DNA of 64,000 nucleotides, taken from positions 35,897-99,896 of the forward strand of contig CAVBQN010000002.1 in assembly GCA_963597545.1 (NCBI GenBank). Reading direction: 5' to 3'. Below the pieces are notes generated by a model that was not told the DNA's origin, did not search any database, and worked only from the letters and a program-made list of their open reading frames with translations. Below are positions 30,347 through 39,076 of the stretch, one piece after another. Numbering within the stretch: position 1 is the stretch's first letter; the number at the start of each line of letters is the position of its first letter. A program made the translations under genes and the position numbers. Source of the stretch: Fusicatenibacter saccharivorans. GTDB taxonomy: Bacteria; Bacillota; Negativicutes; Veillonellales; Dialisteraceae.

Positions 30347-31384
30347 TTATTTTCTGAGGAATTCCGGAACCGCAATTCCCGTGCTCGGACGGACAGCATT
30401 GCTGAATCTGTTTCCTGCCTGCGCCGGAGCCTGTGCTTTTTTCTTTTCGCCGAAGCCGGTCGCAATGACAGTGATTCTGACGGTATCGTTGTCGAGGGTA
30501 TCATCGACAGAAGTACCCCAGATGATATTGGCATCCGGATCGGCTGCTTCAGTGATGATCTGGGATGCTTCGTTGATTTCGAAGAGGCCCAGGTCTTCAT
30601 TGCCGGTGATATTGATGATGATGCCTTTCGCACCATCGATGCTGCGTTCCAGAAGCGGGCTGTTGATAGCCATGGAAGCGGCGTCGCTCGCACGGTTGTC
30701 GCCGGTGCCGATGCCGATGCCCATGAGCGCTTCACCCTGGTCACTCATGATGGTTCTGACGTCTGCAAAGTCCAGATTGATGATGCCCGGTACGGTGATC
30801 AGGTCGGAAATGCCCTGGATACCCTGACGGAGTACATCGTCCGCGGTCTTGAAGGCATCTTTCAGAGATGCTTTCTTGTCCATGATCTGCAGCAGCTTGT
30901 CATTCGGTACGACAAGAATGGCATCGACGCTGTTCTTCAGACGTTCGATCCCTTCCTGTGCATTTCTCGCTCTGACCTTGCCTTCGAAGGTGAAAGGTTT
31001 CGTCACGACAGCGATCGTGAGCGCGCCCAGCTCTCTGGCGCACTGTGCAGCTACCGGAGCCGCGCCGGTACCGGTACCGCCGCCCATGCCGGCAGTGACG
31101 AAGACCATGTCTGCGCCTGCCAGTGCTTTGGAGAGATCTTCCTTGGATTCTTCGGCTGCCTGTTCACCGACTTCCGGTTTTGCACCTGCGCCGAGACCCT
31201 TGGTCAGTTTTTCACCGATCTGGATCTTGTTATCTGCTTCGGATTTATTCAAAACCTGGGTTTCGGTATTGACTGCAATAAATTCGACCCCTTTGACCTG
31301 GGCATCGATCATGCGGTTGACTGCATTATTTCCGCCGCCACCTACACCAATAACTTTAATGTTTGCCATTTCAGACTGTTCCAT
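30347..31384 (-). CDS. ftsZ: cell division protein FtsZ
   Basis: [10 protein letters not shown] and [10 protein letters not shown] tubulin motifs, with the conserved C-terminal peptide VPEFLRK. Confidence 0.97.
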   Translation of the reverse strand: MEQSEMANIKVIGVGGGGNNAVNRMIDAQVKGVEFIAVNTETQVLNKSEADNKIQIGEKLTKGLGAGAKPEVGEQAAEESKEDLSKALAGADMVFVTAGMGGGTGTGAAPVAAQCARELGALTIAVVTKPFTFEGKVRARNAQEGIERLKNSVDAILVVPNDKLLQIMDKKASLKDAFKTADDVLRQGIQGISDLITVPGIINLDFADVRTIMSDQGEALMGIGIGTGDNRASDAASMAINSPLLERSIDGAKGIIINITGNEDLGLFEINEASQIITEAADPDANIIWGTSVDDTLDNDTVRITVIATGFGEKKKAQAPAQAGNRFSNAVRPSTGIAVPEFLRK

Positions 31385-31558
31385 GTTCGCTCCTCCTTCA
31401 GGATATTTTGCGTCATGTATGTAAGGAAACGCTGATTAACTCAGGATGTTATCCACCTATATTACATTTCTGCTAATCATATGTACCATTGTACAATACT
31501 TTCCACAAGTTCGCCACCGGTAGAATGAGACAATTTGCATTTTTTCCGGTTAAAATCT

Positions 31559-32419
31559 CTATTTTTTCAATTTTATAAAGGGAGATGAGAGATTGGCGTC
31601 CACATATTCCACGGAAAGGCCGCGCGCCTTCACATCTCCTACCATATTCTCAGCCAGTTTGGCCTGCGCTTCCATGTCGCTGCCGCTGCCAAGGCGGACG
31701 GTGATGCCATCTCTGGTATAAGCGCGGATGTTTTCCGGATTCCCGATATTGATCTCCGAAAAGAAACGCTGTCCTTCCGGAGAGAGTGCATTCAGAAAAG
31801 CGAGTGCTTTATCCAAGTCTTCCTGCGACACGGTATCTCCGAGGAGCAGGTTTCCCATACGCTTGCCGGTGATCATCGCGGCGTCGCCCTTCCGGATCGA
31901 CTGCACGGAGTCGATCACCATGCCCTCTTTATCAAGCACGACGTAGCTGTACTCCGCCTGCATGATGGCCAGCGGCACTCTGTCTTCGATGTGTACTTCG
32001 AGGACGAAGGGAAATCCGCGGCTCACCTGCACATCGGCCACACGGATATCATGAGAGAGACGCTCTGCCAGGCCGGATGCGCTGATCTGCAGCACATTGA
32101 CCGGCTGGCGGATCTGGCCTTCGAAAAGAATATCCTCCATCGTGAGCGCCTTCGTGCCGGTGAGATGGATATAGCCTAAAGGCAACGGCAGAAGAAATAC
32201 CCCCAGCACGATGAGGAGAAGCCCGCCGCCTGTCAGCAGGATGGAGCTCCTGATACGGAGTCCCTTCTTTTTCTTTTTACGCGGCCTTCTGGGTGGCTCT
32301 TGCATCTCCTGCAAAGGCTCTTCCGGCTTCTCTTCCGGCTCTTTCCAAGCCTCCTGCTCCGGGATCTTTCCCTCATGCAGCTCGCGCCTGAAATCATTGA
32401 AGCTTTTAAAATTATCCAT
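31559..32419 (-). CDS. ftsQ: cell division protein FtsQ/DivIB
   Basis: Charged N-terminus, a single TM (LLLIVLGVFLLPLPL) and a POTRA-like region. Lies between ddl and ftsZ in the dcw cluster. Confidence 0.8.
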   Translation of the reverse strand: MDNFKSFNDFRRELHEGKIPEQEAWKEPEEKPEEPLQEMQEPPRRPRKKKKKGLRIRSSILLTGGGLLLIVLGVFLLPLPLGYIHLTGTKALTMEDILFEGQIRQPVNVLQISASGLAERLSHDIRVADVQVSRGFPFVLEVHIEDRVPLAIMQAEYSYVVLDKEGMVIDSVQSIRKGDAAMITGKRMGNLLLGDTVSQEDLDKALAFLNALSPEGQRFFSEINIGNPENIRAYTRDGITVRLGSGSDMEAQAKLAENMVGDVKARGLSVEYVDANLSSPFIKLKK

Positions 32420-32459
32420 ACAATTTGATCCTGTAAATAAGAGATGGTGTAAAGTTTTT

Positions 32460-32710
32460 GGGGATTAGTTTTTTACGTATTCTCATTTCGAGCTGAGGCG
32501 AGAAATCTCACTTGCAGACAGCGAAACGGCGAGTGCAAAACGACCGCTAGACGATGCTCTAAGGCGTCTCTTCTGCATAGTCGCACAGGTGCGGATAACC
32601 GCAGTGCAAGAAAGATCCCTCCACTTCGGTCGGGATGACGGATACGAGAAAAAACCGTCTGCCATCTGATGTTTCTCTAATCCCTAGTCACCAGTCCCCA
32701 GCCACTACAA
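32460..32710. repeat. composite intergenic element (inverted pair of E modules plus heptad array) in the ftsQ-ddl spacer
   Basis: GGGGATTAG (32460); E reversed (32481-32515); E forward (32598-32648); the CTAATCC/CAGTC array at 32675-32710 ends at the ddl stop codon. Confidence 0.85.
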
Positions 32711-33646
32711 TCACACCTTATCCAGCCCCGCTTCGAGGAGAATCTTCTCACAAAGCGCAGGGAACGAGATCCCTGCCGCTGCAGCGGCTTTCGGGACGAG
32801 GCTCGTCGCCGTCATGCCCGGGATGGAATTGGCTTCCAGAAGATGCGGACGGCCTTCGCAGTCAGTCTTGAAGTCGAAACGGCACGCCCCATCACATTCC
32901 GCCATGCGGTAGCCGATTTCTGCGAGACGGCTCATCTCTTCCGCCAGTGCATCCGAAATCGGAGCCGGGACGAGGTAGTCTGTCGCGCCCTTGGTGTACT
33001 TGGAGTGGTAATCATAGGAGCCCGAGTGCGGGCAGATCTGGATGACCGGCAGTGCTTTGCCGTCCAGCACGGAAACGGTGAATTCCTCACCGGACAGGAA
33101 AGCCTCTGCGAGAATCCTTGGCTCTACCGAAAAGACGCGGTCGATCGCCTCTTTCAGATCTTTTTCTTCTTTGACGATCTCGATACCGATGGTCGAGCCT
33201 TCACAGGCTGGCTTCAGGACGACCGGAAGGGTAAAGCTCTTGCCAATGTCCTCTTCGACATTTTCCTTCCCATCCTTCAGATAGTAGGGTTTGGAAAAGG
33301 CCATGGGGAGGCCCGCCTGCTTGAAGAAATGGCTGCTCATGATCTTATCCATGGTGATGGCGCTCGAGGTCACGCCAGAACCCGTGTATGGGATGCGGGC
33401 AAGTTCGAGTACGCTCTGGATGGTGCCATCCTCCCCGTACTTGCCATGCAGCGCGATGAATACGGCATCGGCCTTCGCTTCTTTCAGCTGCTCCACCACA
33501 TGATGCGGATCATATTCCAAAGGAATGGCCTGATAGCCAATGGAAGTCAAGGCTTCTAAAATGGCCTTCCCTGTATTTCTTGAGACTTCTGCCTCTCTGG
33601 AGGGTCCTCCCATGAGGACCACGATTCTGCTCTCTTTAGTAATCAC
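32711..33646 (-). CDS. ddl: D-alanine--D-alanine ligase
   Basis: VLMGGPSREAEVS N-terminus with an ATP-grasp core. GTG start overlaps the murC stop (GTGA). Confidence 0.93.
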   Translation of the reverse strand: MITKESRIVVLMGGPSREAEVSRNTGKAILEALTSIGYQAIPLEYDPHHVVEQLKEAKADAVFIALHGKYGEDGTIQSVLELARIPYTGSGVTSSAITMDKIMSSHFFKQAGLPMAFSKPYYLKDGKENVEEDIGKSFTLPVVLKPACEGSTIGIEIVKEEKDLKEAIDRVFSVEPRILAEAFLSGEEFTVSVLDGKALPVIQICPHSGSYDYHSKYTKGATDYLVPAPISDALAEEMSRLAEIGYRMAECDGACRFDFKTDCEGRPHLLEANSIPGMTATSLVPKAAAAAGISFPALCEKILLEAGLDKV

Positions 33647-35037
33647 TTTTTCAACCCTTTATCCTTCACCAACTGAATGAGTTCTTCCCCTGCGCGGTAA
33701 ATGCTGCCGGCGCCCATGGTGATGATCATATCTCCCGGCTTTACGAAATCATAAAGTGCCTGAGATACGCCTTCCACGGTATCCACATAGTGGATCTCTT
33801 TCTCCGGCAGACGCTTGTGAACCAGCGAGGGGATCAGGTGTCCGTCGACGCCTTCGATCGGTGCCTCACTTGCCGCATAGATATCGGTGAAGAAGAGTAC
33901 ATCCGCATCATCAAAGGCTTCGGCAAACTCCTGCTGCAGCAGCTGCGTGCGGGAATAGCGATGCGGCTGGAAGGCACAGATGATGCGATGATCGCCTGTC
34001 TCTCTCGCTGCTTTCAGAGTTGCTTTGATTTCCGTCGGATGGTGTGCATAGTCATCGACCACCCAAAGATCATTTTCTCTGGACTTCGTCTCGAAGCGAC
34101 GCTTCACTCCCACGAAATGAGACAGCGCCGTCTCGATCGTTTCCATCGGGATGCCGCAGTAGAGCGCTGCGATCACAGCTCCCAGCGCATCACGGATATT
34201 ATGCGAGCCCGGGATCTGCAGCTCGATGGTGCCGAGCGTCTTACCCTCATGCACCACATCGAAAAGAAGATGCCTGTTTTCGTATCGCTTGTTCACGGCC
34301 CGATAGTCAGCTTTTTCATTGAGCCCGTAGGTGATGCAGGTCTTATGGATCTCGGGCAGGATCGCGCATACGCCCTCACTGTCGGTGCATACGATGGCGA
34401 CGCCGTCCTCGTAGCAGATATGGCTGATGAATTCGGAAAAGGCACGACGGATATTTTCGACGCTGCCATAATGATCCAGATGGTCATCCTCGATATTCGT
34501 CACCACTGTCATATAGGGGGAAAATTTCAGGAAAGAGCCGTCGCTTTCATCCGCTTCCGCGATGACATACTCGCCTTTTCCGAGGCAGGAATTTCCTCCG
34601 ATATAGCTGGCTGCCGCTCCGAGAACGATCGTCGGATCTTTGCCCGCTTCATAGAAAATCTGGCCCACCATGGCAGAGGTCGTGGATTTCCCATGTGCGC
34701 CTGCGACTGCGATGCCTTTGCCCCAGTGGAACATGGCTGCCAGCACATCGGAGCGATGGAACACGGGAATGCCAAGACGTCTCGCTTCCACGAGCTCCGG
34801 ATTTTCTTCGGAAATCGCCGAAGAAATGACCACGCAGTCAGCACCCCTTACATGAGAGGCTTCATGCCCGATATAAATCTCTGCGCCTTTTTTTCGGAAA
34901 TCGCGCAGGAAGGGAGAGTCTGCTACATCGGAACCGGAAATGCGATCCCCCTTGTCCAGCAGAATGACGGCCAGCGCACGCATGCCCATACCGCCGATCC
35001 CTATAAAATGGAATGTATGATACTTCGTGAGGTCCAT
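33643..35037 (-). CDS. murC: UDP-N-acetylmuramate--L-alanine ligase
   Basis: FIGIGGMGM and GAHGKSTT motifs, 464 aa. Confidence 0.95.
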   Translation of the reverse strand: MDLTKYHTFHFIGIGGMGMRALAVILLDKGDRISGSDVADSPFLRDFRKKGAEIYIGHEASHVRGADCVVISSAISEENPELVEARRLGIPVFHRSDVLAAMFHWGKGIAVAGAHGKSTTSAMVGQIFYEAGKDPTIVLGAAASYIGGNSCLGKGEYVIAEADESDGSFLKFSPYMTVVTNIEDDHLDHYGSVENIRRAFSEFISHICYEDGVAIVCTDSEGVCAILPEIHKTCITYGLNEKADYRAVNKRYENRHLLFDVVHEGKTLGTIELQIPGSHNIRDALGAVIAALYCGIPMETIETALSHFVGVKRRFETKSRENDLWVVDDYAHHPTEIKATLKAARETGDHRIICAFQPHRYSRTQLLQQEFAEAFDDADVLFFTDIYAASEAPIEGVDGHLIPSLVHKRLPEKEIHYVDTVEGVSQALYDFVKPGDMIITMGAGSIYRAGEELIQLVKDKGLKK

Positions 35038-35049
35038 AATCGTCTTCCT

Positions 35050-36156
35050 TTATTTAATGAGCGACAGTGCAAGTCTTGCGATATCCTCTCCGGCATGCAC
35101 TTTTTTCAAAGTGCCGATGGACTTCTCCATCGTCTGAAGGGCTTCGGGATGCTCGCGAAGCGCTGTGATATTTTCGATGAATTTGGCGCCAGAGACGTCC
35201 TTATCCAGGATCATCTTCGCCGCGCCCGCCTCAGAAAAGACGCGGGCATTGTATGTCTGGTGATCCTCCGCCGCATAGGGATACGGGATCAGGATGGCCG
35301 GCAGCTCTCTCGCTGCGACCTCCGCCAGACTGATGGCTCCCGCGCGGCAGATGATGAGATCGGCCGCCGCCAGTGCATTCGGCATATGGTACTCATAGCG
35401 GATGATGCGGCTCGCAGAACCGTAATGCCCATCCTCCTCGCAGCCGAGTGCGCTCGTGATCTTGTCATACTCCAGCTCGCCCGTCACATGGTAAAGGCAC
35501 AGGTTCTTCGCATCCTTGAAATGGCGATGCACATCCAGCATCGCAGTATTGATCGTCCTCGCTCCGCGGCTGCCGCCGGTGACCAGTACCATGAAGGTAT
35601 CCGGCGAAAGCCCGAGTGCCTTGCGGGATGCCTCCCGCTTGGCTTCCATGATGTCAGGACGGATCGGATTTCCTGTATAGATGCATTTCTCAGGATGCGG
35701 GAAACGGGATCCGGCTGCTTCATAGCCCAGCGCGATCTTATCGACCACGCGGGAAAGGATCTTATTCGTGATCCCCGGGATCACATTCTGCTCCTGAATC
35801 AGCGTCGGGATATGAGAGAGCGCTGCCGCCATCAGGATCGGCCCGCATACATAGCCGCCCGTCCCGATGACTACGTCCGGCGCGAAATCTTTCAGAATCC
35901 GGCGCGCTTTGAACAGGCTGCCTGCAGTACGACACAGGATACCGATATTTTCCAGCGTCAGCTTCCGCTTCAGGCCCGAAGCCGGCAGCGAGGCGAAACG
36001 ATACCCTTCTTTCGGAATGATACGTGACTCCATCCCATTCGGCGTGCCCACGAAAAGAAATTCTGTTTCTTCCAGTTTTGCTATTTCTTTAGCAATGGTG
36101 ATGGCCGGGTAAATATGTCCCCCCGTACCGCCGCCAGATAAAATAACCCGTTTCAT
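35050..36156 (-). CDS. murG: undecaprenyldiphospho-muramoylpentapeptide beta-N-acetylglucosaminyltransferase
   Basis: SGGGTGGHIYPA motif, 368 aa. Confidence 0.95.
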   Translation of the reverse strand: MKRVILSGGGTGGHIYPAITIAKEIAKLEETEFLFVGTPNGMESRIIPKEGYRFASLPASGLKRKLTLENIGILCRTAGSLFKARRILKDFAPDVVIGTGGYVCGPILMAAALSHIPTLIQEQNVIPGITNKILSRVVDKIALGYEAAGSRFPHPEKCIYTGNPIRPDIMEAKREASRKALGLSPDTFMVLVTGGSRGARTINTAMLDVHRHFKDAKNLCLYHVTGELEYDKITSALGCEEDGHYGSASRIIRYEYHMPNALAAADLIICRAGAISLAEVAARELPAILIPYPYAAEDHQTYNARVFSEAGAAKMILDKDVSGAKFIENITALREHPEALQTMEKSIGTLKKVHAGEDIARLALSLIK

Positions 36157-36202
36157 GAATGATACATTCTCCCATGTTGATGGTCTGTAAATGATAATTG
36201 GA

Positions 36203-36540
36203 AAGGTTTAAGGATTCAAGGTTCAGGGTTCAGGGTTAGCCCACGGGGCATGCTGTCCTTGATTACGTTTGAAAGCCTCGATTGAATTAGAAATTAGAAA
36301 TGGTGGTGCGGCGCATAAAAATACAGAAGCGCCGCGGAAGTTTGAAACTAGCGGTTTTCTCGCATCGCAAACCTAATCCCTAGCTACTAATCCCTAGCTA
36401 CCAGTCACAAGTCACCAGTCACTCATACCTGCTTTCAAACTTTAGGGTTCAGGATCGTGGAGGCGGCTTCGCCGCAAATATATAACTCCGCGGCGCTTTC
36501 TAATTTTAAGCGCCGCACCACCACCCTGAACCCTGAACCC
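36203..36540. repeat. 338-bp imperfect palindrome made of two inverted composite units (murG-murD spacer)
   Basis: The left arm runs GGTTCAG repeats, W (36236-36284), AATTAGA x2, K (36302-36343), L, then a heptad array (36372-36423). The right arm carries reverse K (GCGCCGCACCACC) and CCCTGAACCCTGAACCC (36524-36540). Confidence 0.9.
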
Positions 36541-36587
36541 ATTATTTCCTGAACAGGAAAATGAGCGAATCCTCGATTTCCCTTTTC

Positions 36588-37934
36588 TCAAAGCCCCTTA
36601 ACGATTTTCTTGAAATCCATGCCGCGCTCTTCCATATTCTTATACATATCGAAAGAGGAGCAGGCCGGTGAAAGGATGACGACATCCCCCGGTTTCGCCA
36701 GCTTCTGTCCGAGGAGGACGGCCTCTTTCATAGAGGATACGCGGTGGATCGAAGAGACGCCCGCCTCTCTGGCCGCTTCCTCGAAACGCTCAGCCGCAGC
36801 GCCCAAAAGGATGAGCTCTTTCGTATGACGGCGCACGACCTGCATGAAATCAGAAAGAGGCGTCCCCTTATCATGGCCGCCGGCGATCAGGATGACCGGC
36901 TTGTCGAAGGCTTCCATGCCTTTGACGGCTGCATCAGTATTCGTGGCCTTGGAGTCATTGTAGTACGATACGCCATCCAGCTTGCGAACAAATTCGATGC
37001 GGTTCGGAAGAGCGGCGAAGGTCTTCAACGCCTCTATGATGACCGCCGTGTCGACGCCGCCCTCATGTGCCAGGAAAGCAGCCGCCAGGCAGTCCTCGAT
37101 ATTCTGTTTCCCCTTCAGCAAGAGCTCACCTGCCGTGCAGAGAGGAATGGTTTCTCCCCTTCTCTTCAGCACGAGACGGTCACCGGAGAGGCATGCGCCT
37201 TCCTCGACCCCGTGCGAGGTAGAGAGCAGACACACATGGGTGTGCGCTTCCGCCTGCTTTTTAAGCATCGGCGTATAGGGATCATCCGCATTCAGAAGGA
37301 TGCAGTTTGTTTCGTCCATATTTTCAAAAATGCGTGCCTTGGCTGCCACGTAGGCCTCCATGGTGTGATGACGCTCCAGATGGTCGGGCGTGATATTCAG
37401 GATGACCGCCGCCTTCGGCTGGAAATGGGTGATGAATTCCAGCTGGAAGCTCGAAACTTCCGCTGCGATCAGCCCGTTCTCCGGCACCAGCTCGGCTTCG
37501 CGGGAAAGGGAGATCCCCAGATTTCCTGCCAGAGCAAAGGGCCTCCCTGAGTGCGAGAGCATGCTGCCTAACAGCGTCGTGGTCGTGGTTTTCCCATTCG
37601 TCCCCGTGATGGCAAGGATCGGCGCCTTCGTCACGCGAAAGGCCAGCTCGACTTCGCTCAGGACAGGGATACCCCGCTTCATCGCCCCCTGGATCACGAC
37701 ATTTTCCGCCGGGATGACAGGAGAAACGACGACGGCATCCATCCCGTCCAAAAGGCTCTCCGACTGCGCGCCGAAGCAGAACTCCGCCCCGAGCCCGATG
37801 AGCTCTTCTTTTTCTTTTGTATTCTGTATCTGATCTTTCAGATCTGAAATCACGACATGGGCTCCATGACGGAGAAGTACATGGGCTGCGCCAAGGCCGC
37901 TGATGCCGGCGCCCAGAATCAATACATTTTTCAA
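36588..37934 (-). CDS. murD: UDP-N-acetylmuramoylalanine--D-glutamate ligase
   Basis: LGAGISGLGAA and GTNGKTTT motifs. TTG at 37934 (GGGAGG 5 nt upstream) preferred; the ORF-track ATG at 37961 has no RBS. Confidence 0.92.
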   Translation of the reverse strand: MKNVLILGAGISGLGAAHVLLRHGAHVVISDLKDQIQNTKEKEELIGLGAEFCFGAQSESLLDGMDAVVVSPVIPAENVVIQGAMKRGIPVLSEVELAFRVTKAPILAITGTNGKTTTTTLLGSMLSHSGRPFALAGNLGISLSREAELVPENGLIAAEVSSFQLEFITHFQPKAAVILNITPDHLERHHTMEAYVAAKARIFENMDETNCILLNADDPYTPMLKKQAEAHTHVCLLSTSHGVEEGACLSGDRLVLKRRGETIPLCTAGELLLKGKQNIEDCLAAAFLAHEGGVDTAVIIEALKTFAALPNRIEFVRKLDGVSYYNDSKATNTDAAVKGMEAFDKPVILIAGGHDKGTPLSDFMQVVRRHTKELILLGAAAERFEEAAREAGVSSIHRVSSMKEAVLLGQKLAKPGDVVILSPACSSFDMYKNMEERGMDFKKIVKGL

Positions 37935-37972
37935 AGCATACCTCCCATGATAGTAAAACATGGATAGTCGAA

Positions 37973-38107
37973 GGGGACTGGTGGCTAGTGACTAGTAGCC
38001 AGGGATTAGGAATCGGCGCGGAAAGCATCCGATTTCATACATCATCTCGCCGTCTCTTAGTCTCTTAGTCTTCAGTCTTTAGTCTCCCAGTCTCCTAGTC
38101 TCTCAGT
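37973..38107. repeat. composite element with opposed period-7/8 arrays (murD-mraY spacer)
   Basis: GGGGACTGGTGGCTAGTGACTAGTAGCCAGGGATTAGGAAT (37973-38013) is the reverse orientation of the CTAATCC/CAGTCAC array. A (C)TNAGTCT x8 array (38052-38107) runs into the mraY stop codon. Confidence 0.85.
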
Positions 38108-39076
38108 CTATGGCAGTGCATAGATTGCCAGCATCAGGCTGCCTGCCGCGGCGAGGCCCTCGAAGATCCAGAAGGACCAGACGACACGGACTTCGCTCCA
38201 GCCGGACAGTTCGAAATGATGGTGCAGCGGACTCATCTTGAAGACACGCTTGCCCGTTGTTTTGAAAGAAATGACCTGAATGATGACAGATAAGGCTTCC
38301 AGCACAAAAATCAGTCCGAGAAAGGCGAGCAGCAGCTCTGTCCGGGTCATGACCGAAATCCCGGCAATGGCTCCGCCGAGGGCGAGCGAGCCGGTATCCC
38401 CCATGAAGACCTTGGCCGGGTGATAATTGAAGAAAAGGAATCCAATGCAGGCCCCTGCCAGAATGATGATGAAATAGCCGAGGTCATGAAATCCTGTCAT
38501 ATAGCAGAAGACCGCATAGGCCGTAAAAGCGATGACGCAGCAGCCGGAAGCCAGCCCGTCCAGTCCATCCGTCAGGTTCACCGCATTCGAAGCCCCCACG
38601 ATGACAAGGACAACGAAAGGATAGTACAAAAGTCCGATGGAAATATCCATCGTCGTGAATGGGATCGCGATCGAGTACGGCAGGTGCAGGGTATCGACGA
38701 CGCCCCAGCAGAAGAGCACGGCGAGGATCAGCTGCCCCAGCATTTTCTGCTTGGCGGTCAGCCCCAGATTTCTTTTCTTTTCCGCCTTGATAAAGTCATC
38801 GAGAAATCCTAAAAGCCCATGCCCCAGCGTCAGGAAAAGGAGCCAGAGGACCGATGGATCCAAGAGGCGATTGAAGAGGACCACCAGTACCATCGCTGTC
38901 AGCATGAAGAGCCCGCCCATGGTCGGTGTGCCGCTCTTGGCCCGATGAGACTTCGGTCCTTCGGTGCGGATCGACTGGCGCGCCTTCAATTTTTTCAAAA
39001 GCGGAATGCCCACCCATCCGCAGATGATGGTGAGAACCGCTGCTTCCAGCAGGTATATACAATAATTACTTTCCAT
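38108..39076 (-). CDS. mraY: phospho-N-acetylmuramoyl-pentapeptide transferase
   Basis: Polytopic membrane protein with NAVNLTDGLDGLA and HHHFE motifs. Overlaps the murF stop. Confidence 0.95.
   Translation of the reverse strand: MESNYCIYLLEAAVLTIICGWVGIPLLKKLKARQSIRTEGPKSHRAKSGTPTMGGLFMLTAMVLVVLFNRLLDPSVLWLLFLTLGHGLLGFLDDFIKAEKKRNLGLTAKQKMLGQLILAVLFCWGVVDTLHLPYSIAIPFTTMDISIGLLYYPFVVLVIVGASNAVNLTDGLDGLASGCCVIAFTAYAVFCYMTGFHDLGYFIIILAGACIGFLFFNYHPAKVFMGDTGSLALGGAIAGISVMTRTELLLAFLGLIFVLEALSVIIQVISFKTTGKRVFKMSPLHHHFELSGWSEVRVVWSFWIFEGLAAAGSLMLAIYALP

Noticed and set aside
33790-36027. Very long plus-strand ORFs antisense to housekeeping genes. Examples: 745 aa at 33790-36027, 638 aa at 45964-47880, 575 aa at 40255-41982, 512 aa at 48960-50498, 460 aa at 25582-26964 and 407 aa at 8452-9675.
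   Set aside because: Each is the mirror frame of a minus-strand gene with unmistakable conserved motifs (murC/murG, uvrC, murE, uvrA, hom, glmU). Their translations are Arg/His/Asp-rich low-complexity sequence with no recognisable domains. This is typical of stop-poor antisense frames in GC-rich coding DNA.
36372-36423. Whether the short tandem arrays could be CRISPR arrays.
   Set aside because: The repeat unit is only 7-9 nt and contiguous, with no 25-40 nt unique spacers. There is no leader and there are no cas genes in the window.
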